From NCBI GenBank assembly GCA_963796145.1, contig CAWCKO010000072.1, forward strand, positions 381 through 64,380: a stretch of DNA of 64,000 bases. The letters run 5' to 3'. The notes beneath the pieces were generated by a model, which did no database searches, had not been told where the DNA came from, and saw only the letters and a list, made by a program, of their open reading frames with translations. Made by a program: the position numbers and the translations under genes. This DNA is from an uncultured Acidobacteriaceae bacterium. GTDB lineage: Bacteria; Acidobacteriota; Terriglobia; Terriglobales; Acidobacteriaceae. Positions 19,046 to 27,734 of this stretch are shown here, piece after piece; the stretch's first letter is position 1; each line of letters begins with the position of its first letter.

Positions 19046-19714
19046 TCAAGCGGTTAGTTCCTTCTTTTTCTTCAGCTCTTCCAGAAGAGCTTCCACCTGT
19101 TGATCGCGTTCGAGCATTGCAAAGCGGTCTTCCAGCGAATCGCCGGCAGTGAGTTCTTTGGTGGCATGGTTGGCAGCCTGCTGCACGCTGATGCGGGACT
19201 TGTACCGGTCTATCGAAGCGGCGCCTTTGTCTGTGCGCGCGGCCGCGTGGGCCTGCTGCGATCTGCCAACGGTGCGAGCCCGTCTGTGCTCCGCCATCAG
19301 CAGGTCACAGTGCGCGCGGGTTTCGACGAGCTTCTGCTGCAGCTTGAGGAACGCGCTGCGCAGAGCTTCGGCTTCGGCCCGTTGATCTTCCAGCTGCTGC
19401 ACAAAACTCCTGCCCATCTGCCCATGAGACAGCGATCTCTCAAGCGCTTCCCGCGCCATATCGTCGCGGCCTCGGGCAACGGCCAGCGCGGCTTTGTTCT
19501 TCCATGTCGCGGCCGCCGTTTCGTGCTCGGCGGTCTTCCTTTCCAGCAGGTGCTGGTCTGCGATCGCAATGGCGACCTGAGTCTTTACTTGCAGTAGCTG
19601 GTTCTCCATATCAAGGACCAGTTGTTTGAGCATCTTCTCCGGGTCTTCCGCCTTGTCGATCAGATCGTTGAGGTTGGCGCGAAGAAGAGTGGTGACGCGT
19701 TCCATGAGTGCCAT
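19046..19714 (-). CDS. pspA: PspA/IM30 family protein
   Basis: MALMERVTTLLRANLNDLIDKAEDPEKMLKQLVLDMENQLLQVKTQVA.. is the canonical PspA N-terminus and coiled coil. Start taken at the M preceded by AAAGGAA. Confidence 0.85.
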   Translation of the reverse strand: MALMERVTTLLRANLNDLIDKAEDPEKMLKQLVLDMENQLLQVKTQVAIAIADQHLLERKTAEHETAAATWKNKAALAVARGRDDMAREALERSLSHGQMGRSFVQQLEDQRAEAEALRSAFLKLQQKLVETRAHCDLLMAEHRRARTVGRSQQAHAAARTDKGAASIDRYKSRISVQQAANHATKELTAGDSLEDRFAMLERDQQVEALLEELKKKKELTA

Positions 19715-19767
19715 GACTTCGATTCCTTTCGTTGCCCGGTGCCTCTTCGGCACCAGGCGGTGGTGGA

Positions 19768-21195
19768 TCAACGTAGCGGCGTGTTGTTGGCGTCGCCGTT
19801 TGCGCGAGGTTGCATTTGCTTCACGTTCGCCATCAGGTCAGACATCTTCATCCCGCTGAGTGCCTCAAACAGGGCAGGGACCTGTGCCGCGATTTCGGTC
19901 ATCTCACCCGTAAGCTTGTGGGCGCCTACATTTCCATCCTTGCCGGTGGAGACGATCGTGATCTTATCGACCTTGGAAAGCGGCTCAGACATGGCGCGCA
20001 CAACATCGGCCAGGTTGGTGATGAGTTTGTCGACCACGGCCGCCTGCGACCACTCCTGATAGGCCTCGGCCTTCACGTTCATAGCCTTCGCCTCTGCCTC
20101 GCCTTTCTGCAGGATGATGGCAGCTTCCGCTTCACCTTGCGCCCGGATGGCAGAAGCGCGGCCTTCGGCTTCCGCCGTCAGACGAGCACGCTCCGCATTT
20201 GCCATGTTCTCGATGCGTTGCTTGTCGATCTCGGAGCGCTTCAGCACCGTGGCGATCAGCTCCTTCTCATTGCGGAGAATCTCTGCCTCCTGCACCTTTA
20301 CCTGGCCTTCCTTCTCGATCTGCTGCACCTTCACCTGCTCGGCAACTACCTTCTGCTGCATGACGTTGGTCTGCAGTTCGTACGCCTTATCGGCCTGGGC
20401 CTCCTGGCGCCGCGACTGCTCGGTGAATTGGGCCTTCTGAATATCCAGGTCACGCTGCGCTTCTGCCTGTTTTGCCAGCGATGCTGTTTCGGCGATGACC
20501 CGGTCCTGATCGGATGCGGCCTTGGCGATCGCGGCTTCGCGGAGCGCGTTGGCGCGGCGGATGGCGGTATCGCGTTCCGCTTCGGCGCTTGCAATCTCTG
20601 CATCGCGCTTGATGCGGGCAATATCCGGCCGGCCCATATTGGTGATGTATTCGTTCTTGTCCCGAACTTCGCGGATGGTAAAGCTCACCACCTCAAGCCC
20701 CATCTTGCTCATATCGTCGGCACAGGTAGAACGCATGCGCTCGGCGACCATCTCCGGCTCCTTTACGATCTGCTCCACCGTAAGCTGGCCGATGATGCCG
20801 CGGAGGTGTCCTTCCATAACCAACCGGATGAGGCCCTCACGCTGGTCCGGGGTCTTGGTCAGGAACTGTTCCGCCGCGGTTAGGATCGACTCCTGGTCCG
20901 AACGTACCTTGATTTGAGCGACCGCTTCGACCGTGACGGCGACGCCTTGGCGGGTGTAGAGATCCTGCTGCGGCGCAACGTCAAAGCTCATGAGCTCGAG
21001 CGAAAGTTCGCGGCAATGTTCCACCACCGGAAAGATTACGGTTCCATGCCCCTTGATAACCCGCGGACCGCGAAAGCCATAGACGATGAGCGCTTCGTTG
21101 GGGCCTGCCTTGCGAAACATGTGGGCCAGCAAAGAGAGCAGAACAATGGTGGCGAGGATGCAGAGTCCAATGACAATAATGATTGTGTTCGGCAT
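19768..21195 (-). CDS. flotillin-like SPFH (band 7) domain protein
   Basis: 475 aa. N-terminal TM, SPFH domain, and a long Ala/Glu-rich flotillin-type coiled coil (AEAERDTAIRRANALREAAIAKA...). Confidence 0.9.
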   Translation of the reverse strand: MPNTIIIVIGLCILATIVLLSLLAHMFRKAGPNEALIVYGFRGPRVIKGHGTVIFPVVEHCRELSLELMSFDVAPQQDLYTRQGVAVTVEAVAQIKVRSDQESILTAAEQFLTKTPDQREGLIRLVMEGHLRGIIGQLTVEQIVKEPEMVAERMRSTCADDMSKMGLEVVSFTIREVRDKNEYITNMGRPDIARIKRDAEIASAEAERDTAIRRANALREAAIAKAASDQDRVIAETASLAKQAEAQRDLDIQKAQFTEQSRRQEAQADKAYELQTNVMQQKVVAEQVKVQQIEKEGQVKVQEAEILRNEKELIATVLKRSEIDKQRIENMANAERARLTAEAEGRASAIRAQGEAEAAIILQKGEAEAKAMNVKAEAYQEWSQAAVVDKLITNLADVVRAMSEPLSKVDKITIVSTGKDGNVGAHKLTGEMTEIAAQVPALFEALSGMKMSDLMANVKQMQPRANGDANNTPLR

Positions 21196-21281
21196 AAAGC
21201 CTTCCTTCGTGGTTAGCCGCCGAGTGGGACTGCCGGCGGTCAGTCAAAAAACTGTAGTCGCACCTGCTTACTGCGAGTGGG

Positions 21282-21869
21282 TTAAGGGTCCATATCGTGC
21301 CACGCGCGCACATATGCGATGCCTCGTTCATACCGCAACACCACTACTTCCGAGCCGCGCTCGATGGTCGCGCCGTCTTCTGAGCGCGCAGGGACCGACC
21401 TGCGTGCGCCAAGCTGGGTGTAGATAATTTCGCCCGTGCCGTCGGGATGCAGGGGACCGGTGACGCGGCCGACAACACCTGTGATCTCCGTTTCCTCAGC
21501 CGTGAGAGCGCGTTCGCGCGGCAGCAGGACGGAGGCGAGAAACCAGAAAATGAGCGCACCGCCCGCAAGCCCGCTCATGGTTGAGATCAGCAACACCATG
21601 GGAGCGAACAGACCACTGTGTGTGCGCAGCAGGTACCCGACTCCACCAAACCAGCAGAGAAACGCGGTCACCGTGAATCCATTGAAGGGGGACACGTCGG
21701 TGGACGCATGACTATGCCCGATCTTCGCGCCGCCGTGCGGCACGTGAACGTGGCTGTGGCCGCCGAAGTGAAAGTGGCTGCCGTGGGTGTGGCCGCCGGT
21801 GAAGAGCGAGAGTACACACAACAGCAGGCCCAGGATGAAGCAAGCGAGATAAAAGATTTCCCACGTCAT
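21282..21869 (-). CDS. NfeD-like membrane protein with a His-rich loop
   Basis: 195 aa. TM segments plus a C-terminal OB-like soluble domain (GVVGRVTGPLHPDGTGEIIYTQLGARRSVPARSEDGATIERGSEVVVLRYERGIAYV). Located directly upstream of the flotillin gene, as in the classical nfeD-SPFH pairing. Confidence 0.75.
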   Translation of the reverse strand: MTWEIFYLACFILGLLLCVLSLFTGGHTHGSHFHFGGHSHVHVPHGGAKIGHSHASTDVSPFNGFTVTAFLCWFGGVGYLLRTHSGLFAPMVLLISTMSGLAGGALIFWFLASVLLPRERALTAEETEITGVVGRVTGPLHPDGTGEIIYTQLGARRSVPARSEDGATIERGSEVVVLRYERGIAYVRAWHDMDP

Positions 21870-21870
21870 T

Positions 21871-22440
21871 TTATTTCACCGAATTTCGTGTTGTACGACG
21901 TTTCCCTTTGCCCGGCTTGGCAGCGGAGGCCTGCGGCTTCTGGTCTCGCTCTGGTGTCTTGGCTGCTGAGTGCTCAGAAGGACGAAGAATCTCGAGCAAC
22001 CGATCCATCAGCACCGGTGTCTCCAGCACAGACTCGAGTAGAAGCAGACTCCGGCGCGAGTCGGGGTACCGCGCGATCGCAAGCAGTGCGCGGCAGAGCT
22101 CAGGATCCTTACGAAACCGATCCGAGCCTGCGATCAGCCACAGATCAAGCTTTTCTTCTTGCGTTCGAATATCGGAGAGAAGCTCAGCATGGTAACCCTC
22201 CGGGTCTTCTACCAGGTAACCGGGGTGGACCTTGAAAAACTTAGCCAGCAGCAGGCGGGTGGTGTTGGTGAGGTGCGGCCGGGCGCCGGACTCGATCTGT
22301 GATAAGTAGCTCTGGCTGATCGGCGAATCCATCTCAGCCGCGATCGCGCGAACCAGTTCCTGCTGCGTCATTGCCCGCCCCAAGCCGCGAAGGCTGCCCT
22401 CGACTTCCCGCAGGTACTTCATTTTGTCGGACAGCTTCAT
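21871..22440 (-). CDS. XRE-family helix-turn-helix transcriptional regulator
   Basis: MTQQELVRAIAAEMDSPISQSYLSQIESGARPHLTNTTRLLLAKFF is an HTH_3-type motif. Start set at MKLSDKMKYL (22440). The stop is 1 nt from the NfeD start. Confidence 0.75.
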   Translation of the reverse strand: MKLSDKMKYLREVEGSLRGLGRAMTQQELVRAIAAEMDSPISQSYLSQIESGARPHLTNTTRLLLAKFFKVHPGYLVEDPEGYHAELLSDIRTQEEKLDLWLIAGSDRFRKDPELCRALLAIARYPDSRRSLLLLESVLETPVLMDRLLEILRPSEHSAAKTPERDQKPQASAAKPGKGKRRTTRNSVK

Positions 22441-22470
22441 GGCTATCGCCGATCGCAATAAGCGTATCGC

Positions 22471-22482
22471 ATATTGCAATAT
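22471..22482. promoter_or_regulatory. perfect 12-bp palindrome ATATTGCAATAT in the divergent XRE / aminopeptidase promoter region
   Basis: Lies 31 nt upstream of the XRE regulator start, inside a locally AT-rich stretch with further ATTGC/GCAAT half-sites. Confidence 0.4.
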
Positions 22483-22550
22483 AACGCAAGACCCGCGTCC
22501 CCGCTTCAGCAGTCGCCGTCTAACGTAAACTGACTGACGGAGATAGATGA

Positions 22551-23915
22551 ATGCGCTGCAAACTGACCCTGTTGCTGCTGTTGATGGCTGCACAAGTGGC
22601 CCACACCCTTGATTCTGTGCCCAAGGCCGAGTATCGGGAGCGGCGCATAAAACTCGCAGCAGAGCTGCACGGCGGGTCGGCTGTGATCTTTGCCGCTCAC
22701 GAGCCGCCCATGGAGTACCAGGATTACCGGCAGGATGAAGACTTCTTCTACCTGACGGGCTCCAACGAACCCGGTGGCGCGCTGCTGGTCATCGGCGACG
22801 GGCCGGCAACAACCACTCGCCTCGGACCCCTCCCAGCGCACGCCTACCGGGAAATACTTTTCCTTCCCATGCGTAATCCCATTGGTGAGAAGTACACCGG
22901 GGCGAAGACCGACGCTGCTACTCCGGGCGCTCCGGAATTACTCAGTGTCGATGAGGTGATGCCTCTCTCGACTCTGCCGGCAGTCTACGGCGCCTTCCTT
23001 GCCCAGGACCCGAAGCGGGCGAAAGAGGTCTGGACCCAGCAGGACATGGACGTCGCCAGCGCAACCCTCAACTTCACTTCCACTGTGCTTGGCACGGACG
23101 TCACTCCTCCCACCCACGATGTTCGCGATCTGACCATGCAGCTGCGCATGGTAAAGAGCCCTGGCGAGATCGCGCTCATCCAGAAAGCAACCGATGCCTC
23201 GATCGCATCCCAGCTTGCCGGCATGCGAGCCATCAAGCCGGGGGTACGGGAAAGAACCGTTGCCGGCATTGAAGTCGCCACCATGATGGCCGAAGGGTGC
23301 GAGCGCGTCAGCTATCCTGCCATTGTCGGCTCCGGCATCAACTCGACCACCCTCCACTACGCTGAAAACGGCAACCTGATGGCCAAAGGCGACGTGGTGG
23401 TCATTGATGCCGCCGGAGAGTACTCGATGTACGCCAGTGACTTGACGCGGACCATGCCGGTCGACGGCCACTTCACTGCCCGGCAGAAAGAGATTTATGA
23501 CATCGTGCTCGGCGCCCAGCAAGCAGCGCGCGACGCCTTTGTAGCCGGAAAATCGAAGATGGGTTCCGTCCTGCATCGCGGCCCAGACGACGACAAAACA
23601 CTGCTCGACAAGGTGGCCTTCGACTACATCAATGCTCATGGCAAGGACCTCCATGGCGACCCTCTGGGGAAGTACTTCCTCCATACGCTGGGGCATTCCG
23701 TTGGCATCGATGTGCACGATCCATACGACTACGACAAGCCCTTCGTGATCGGTTCCGTGTTCACAATCGAGCCGGGCATCTACATTCCCGAAGAGAAAAT
23801 CGGCGTCCGCATTGAAGACACTTTCTACGTCAACACCGAGGGAAAACTGATTGACTTCGCCGAAAAACTGCCCCACACGCCGGAAGCGGTGGAAGCGGCC
23901 ATGCACGCCAGGTAA
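22551..23915 (+). CDS. Xaa-Pro aminopeptidase (M24B), secreted
   Basis: Signal peptide, AMP_N-like region (YRQDEDFFYLTG), metal ligands in VVIDAAGEYSMYASDLTRT, HTLGHSVGIDVHD, FTIEPGIY, RIEDTF. Confidence 0.9.
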   Translation: MRCKLTLLLLLMAAQVAHTLDSVPKAEYRERRIKLAAELHGGSAVIFAAHEPPMEYQDYRQDEDFFYLTGSNEPGGALLVIGDGPATTTRLGPLPAHAYREILFLPMRNPIGEKYTGAKTDAATPGAPELLSVDEVMPLSTLPAVYGAFLAQDPKRAKEVWTQQDMDVASATLNFTSTVLGTDVTPPTHDVRDLTMQLRMVKSPGEIALIQKATDASIASQLAGMRAIKPGVRERTVAGIEVATMMAEGCERVSYPAIVGSGINSTTLHYAENGNLMAKGDVVVIDAAGEYSMYASDLTRTMPVDGHFTARQKEIYDIVLGAQQAARDAFVAGKSKMGSVLHRGPDDDKTLLDKVAFDYINAHGKDLHGDPLGKYFLHTLGHSVGIDVHDPYDYDKPFVIGSVFTIEPGIYIPEEKIGVRIEDTFYVNTEGKLIDFAEKLPHTPEAVEAAMHAR

Positions 23916-24096
23916 AGTTTGCGAGAGGTGCGGTTGTCAGAAGCTGCGTGTGAAATGTAGAGGGTTTCAAAGCCCAGCCCCGTCGGCCGGCTTTAGAGGG
24001 TGTGTGAGAATCGGAAAACTGCCGGATTCGTGTGGGAGCCCCGCATTCATGCGGGTGAAGGAGCGCTTCAGCGCTGGCGATACAGGGCCTCAGAGC

Positions 24097-24371
24097 GTGT
24101 GTGAGAACCCACCATTCACCGATTTAGTCCCGGAGGGACGACTGAGAGTAGCCCAGGACGCAGTCCTGGGGGTCTATACACATAACGACGAAAAGTCCCG
24201 CAAGGGACGGCTGAAAGTTAACCAGGTTGAACCCAGGACTGCATCCTGGGTAATTTTCAACCGTCCCTGCGGGACTGGTCCGTCTCTCCAATCTCTTCCC
24301 AGGACTGCGTCCTGGGCTACTCTCAGTCGTCCCTCCGGGACTAAATCGGTGAATGGTGGGTTCTCACACAA
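24097..24371. repeat. 275-bp nested palindrome (74-bp near-perfect inverted arms plus inner palindromes)
   Basis: 24097..24170 is the reverse complement of 24298..24371 (1 mismatch at the outermost base). Inner arms are ~24193..24223 / 24249..24276. CCCAGGAC-GCA-GTCCTGGG hairpins. A related partial copy lies at ~23990..24080. Confidence 0.85.
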
Positions 24372-24465
24372 CCCTCTTAAGCCCATACATTGAAACCCTT
24401 GCAACTCAACCGGCTTTGGCCCCTCAAGGTATTGTCTGTTGAGGTCACAAATTCATGCAATCATC

Positions 24466-25554
24466 ATGATCACATTAAAAGATCTCAAACGACACGCCAT
24501 TGCCTCCTCCCTCTTTCCCGCGACGACACTTGGGCGAGCTATAAGCAAACTCGGCTTCGTTCAAGCTGACCCGATCCGCTCTCCGGCCCGCGCTCAGGAC
24601 CTGATCTTGCGCCACCGCGTCAAGGAGTACCGTGAAGACGACCTTAATCGAAGCTACCGAAGTCTCAAGTTGGAAGAAGACATCCTCTACGCCTACGGAT
24701 TCTTTCCAGTAGAGACTTGGCGGCTCCTCCATCCCAGGGAGCAACGGGAATTAACGGTCTCGGAGCAGAGGGTGTTCGATCTCGTATCCCGTAACAGGCA
24801 ACTGCACCCTCGGGAGCTCGAAGTTAGTTTGGGGAGAGATCGGGAAACCAACGCCTGGGGCGGCTACTCGAAATCGACCACTCGAGTTCTTCAGAAGCTG
24901 CACTACCTCGGCCTCATACGAATTGCTGGTCGAGACAAGGGCGTCAAGCTCTATCAACGAGCAGTTTTCAAACAACAGACCGTGGACCCGGACGAGCGCC
25001 TCCGGCGACTGGTGTTGCTGATCGCCGGAATCCTGGCGCCCGCGCCGCAGAACAGTCTTCGCGCCGCAGTGCAGCGTCTGCGCTATGCTGCTCCAGATCT
25101 GCAGGGAAGAACCAACGTTGTTGCCACCTTGTTAAAGTCCGGCGAGTTGGAGAGTGGGGAAGTAGGTGGCATCCGTTATCTATGGCCCGCTGGTCGCACC
25201 ATACCCAGGGAGCCGGAGAACGTTGTTCGCTTCCTCGCTCCATTTGATCCCGTGGTATGGGACCGGCCTCGATTCGAGCACTTCTGGGGTTGGCCATATC
25301 GGTTTGAGGCCTACACCCCACCCGCCAAGCGGAAGCTTGGGTACTACGCGATGCCTCTGCTTTGGAGAGCTGAAGTGATCGGGTGGGTAAACGCCTCACG
25401 ACGCGGCGATGACCTCACAATCGATGCCGGATTTGTCACCGGGGCGCAACCTCGCGAGAAGTCTTTTCAACGCGAGTTCGAAGCGGAAGCGCAAAGACTG
25501 CGCCGATTTCTTTCCTCGGGCGAACCCGGCAATCGCCAGGACTTGTCAGGCTAA
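24466..25554 (+). CDS. YcaQ/AlkZ-like winged-helix DNA glycosylase family protein (DUF1006)
   Basis: FVQADPI (Q-hydrophobic-D motif) near the N-terminus. LAPFDPVVWDRPRFEHFWGWPYRFEAYTPPAKRKLGYYAMPLLWRAEVIGWVNA closely matches my recollection of the E. coli YcaQ C-terminal region. Confidence 0.85.
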   Translation: MITLKDLKRHAIASSLFPATTLGRAISKLGFVQADPIRSPARAQDLILRHRVKEYREDDLNRSYRSLKLEEDILYAYGFFPVETWRLLHPREQRELTVSEQRVFDLVSRNRQLHPRELEVSLGRDRETNAWGGYSKSTTRVLQKLHYLGLIRIAGRDKGVKLYQRAVFKQQTVDPDERLRRLVLLIAGILAPAPQNSLRAAVQRLRYAAPDLQGRTNVVATLLKSGELESGEVGGIRYLWPAGRTIPREPENVVRFLAPFDPVVWDRPRFEHFWGWPYRFEAYTPPAKRKLGYYAMPLLWRAEVIGWVNASRRGDDLTIDAGFVTGAQPREKSFQREFEAEAQRLRRFLSSGEPGNRQDLSG

Positions 25555-25600
25555 CAAGACTTCTGTAGCCTGCGGAGGTCACAATCTAAGGGAGATCCCA

Positions 25601-27418
25601 GTGCCTCAGAGCTCCTGCTTGGCCTTAGCGTGGGTGCTTCTGCTGGGCGGGTTGGCTAGTCCGCCCGGCGCGCCGCTTCGCAGCCAGACCGCCCCGCCCG
25701 GCGATTACGAAGGCCGCGTCTTCAAGGCGAATGCGCGGATTGTCATTCTCGACGTGGTGGTTACCGGTAAGGGCCGCCGCCCGCTCACCGGTCTACACCA
25801 GCAAGACTTCTTGGTGTCGGAAGATGGACATCCGCAGGCCGTCAACTATTTCGAGGAGCACACCGGGGCCCAGCCCCTCCAGGTGAGCCCGCCCGATCTG
25901 CCGCCCTACCTCTTTACCAATATTCCCCGGGTCAAGCCCAGTGGATCTGTAACCGTGCTTGTACTCGATTCCCTGAACACGCCGTTGGATGACCAGCGCC
26001 AGGTCCATGCACAAGTGCTCAAGTACCTCAAGAAGCCGCAAACCGGGCAAAAGATGGCCATCTTCACCCTGGGAACACAACTGCGGTTAATTCAGAGCTT
26101 CACCGACGATCCAGCGCTGCTGTCGACGGCCATCAACAACAAGAAAAACGGAGTGGGAAGGCAGATCTCGCCGCTGCTGCAATCGAATGCAGAAACCGCT
26201 GCCGCCCAGGAAACGGCAGCCGCCATGAGGGAGGCACATGGCGAGGAAACAGCCGAAGCCCTGGAACAGTTTATGGCCAATCAAAGCTCGACCCGGAGCG
26301 ACACGCGTCTAAAGCTAACGCTGGAAGCTTTGCAGGAGCTTGCCCACTATCTAGCCGGATTTCCAGGCCGGAAGAACGTCGTCTGGTTCTCGGGCGCGTT
26401 TCCGGTCGTTATCTTCCCCGACCCCGACGCGCGCGACTCGTCCGGCGCGCAACGAGACGACCAGGAGGAAGTTCGTAAGACGGACGCTCTGCTCACCGCG
26501 GCCCAAGTGGCCATCTACCCCATCGGCGCCGAGGGTCTAGCTACTGACTCGCCCTATAGTGCCGGCGCCGATGCCCGGTTGGTGACGCAATCGCAGCTGT
26601 CCAGACCCCAGGGACAGGTACAAGAGCGAAACGCCAATCATGCAGCCATGGAAGTGATCGCGAAAGATACCGGGGGCGCGGCCTTCTACAACACCAATGG
26701 TTTGGCCAATGCGCTGGACCGCGTCGCCGCCCATGGATCGAATTTCTATACCTTGACCTACACCTCGACCAACCCGGCTACCGACGGAAAATTTCGGAAA
26801 ATTCAGGTGGCTCTGGTCCGGCCCGGCTACCAACTCGACTACCGCCGCGGGTATTACGCCGACGACGCAAAGACCACCCTGGCAGCCGTCCCCACTCCGA
26901 ATCCAACCCCGAATTACGATCTGCTGTCTCCATTCCTGCGCCCCGGGGTGCCCGAATCGACACAGATTCCTCTCACGCTGCGGGTGGTCCGCAAAACTGC
27001 CCCGCCCAGGGCCGGTCCTGCTTCGACCACTCGTTCGGCTCAAGGCGGAGACAATCTCGGCCTGAAGGGCGCGCTCACCCGATACGCGGTGGACTTCATG
27101 GTGCCCGCACACGGCTTGCAGTTCGACCCGGCTCCCGACGGCCACCGACATGTCAGGATCGAAGCCGGGCTGCTGGTCTACAACCGTGAGGGCAAGTTGC
27201 TCAACTGGTTGCTAAGGCAGGTCAACCTCAATCTGGACGACGCGCGTTACGCGATCGTGCAGGCCAACGGGGTCAACCTTTATTTCGAAATCGATGCCCC
27301 AGGTGATGGCGTTTCCCTGCACGGCGGGGTCTACGACCTGAATGCCAACCTTGCAGGAACCCTTCAGGTTCCGCTCAGCACCATCGTCATTCCCGATTTG
27401 ACCACCAGTTCCAGGTAG
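25601..27418 (+). CDS. secreted VWA domain protein (VWFA-related acidobacterial-domain type)
   Basis: GTG start after a GGGAG RBS. Signal peptide, then FKANARIVILDVVVTGKGRRPLTGLHQQDFLVSEDGHPQAVNYFEE, typical of this family. The track start at 25409 overlaps the previous gene. Confidence 0.7.
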   Translation: MPQSSCLALAWVLLLGGLASPPGAPLRSQTAPPGDYEGRVFKANARIVILDVVVTGKGRRPLTGLHQQDFLVSEDGHPQAVNYFEEHTGAQPLQVSPPDLPPYLFTNIPRVKPSGSVTVLVLDSLNTPLDDQRQVHAQVLKYLKKPQTGQKMAIFTLGTQLRLIQSFTDDPALLSTAINNKKNGVGRQISPLLQSNAETAAAQETAAAMREAHGEETAEALEQFMANQSSTRSDTRLKLTLEALQELAHYLAGFPGRKNVVWFSGAFPVVIFPDPDARDSSGAQRDDQEEVRKTDALLTAAQVAIYPIGAEGLATDSPYSAGADARLVTQSQLSRPQGQVQERNANHAAMEVIAKDTGGAAFYNTNGLANALDRVAAHGSNFYTLTYTSTNPATDGKFRKIQVALVRPGYQLDYRRGYYADDAKTTLAAVPTPNPTPNYDLLSPFLRPGVPESTQIPLTLRVVRKTAPPRAGPASTTRSAQGGDNLGLKGALTRYAVDFMVPAHGLQFDPAPDGHRHVRIEAGLLVYNREGKLLNWLLRQVNLNLDDARYAIVQANGVNLYFEIDAPGDGVSLHGGVYDLNANLAGTLQVPLSTIVIPDLTTSSR

Positions 27419-27734
27419 CGTCCAGCTCTGCGCGCCCTTAACTGAATATTAGAATGAATAACTTACGAGCCGCGCGGTGGGGGTTCGGGGAAGGCCGCTT
27501 TTTCCGGTCCTGATCTCTCGTTATTTCAAGTACAGCGGAATCATACCGTGATAGAGTTTTGCCCAAGTGTCCGCTGACCGGCATATTGCGGCGGCAATAG
27601 CGGCTGTTCTTACCTTGACACCCATGAGGGGTCAAAAGTGGTGCCGGCAGTATCCCCTCATACGTTCTCCGGGCCTCGCGGGAATGGGACCAATCAAAAT
27701 TTGATTTGCTGAATGTGAGAGAGGATGACCTCGA

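Noticed and set aside
19810-20883. 357-aa plus-strand ORF (and 20114..20440, 20522..20917) across the flotillin gene
   Set aside because: Antisense shadow of the Ala/Glu-rich flotillin coiled coil. It has L/H/R/G-rich low-complexity composition and no motifs, and the minus-strand flotillin call is unambiguous.
22938-23906. 322-aa minus-strand ORF
   Set aside because: Fully antisense to the Xaa-Pro aminopeptidase gene, which has clear M24 metal-ligand motifs. The composition is typical of a GC-rich antisense frame.
27419-27734. Possible riboswitch or sRNA in the 316-nt gap upstream of the unknown secreted protein gene (hairpin ATGAGGGG..CCCCTCAT, TTGACA box)
   Set aside because: I could not match any known riboswitch consensus. 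There is a single 8-bp stem with a 23-nt loop and no convincing -10 element. It is left as ordinary leader/promoter DNA.
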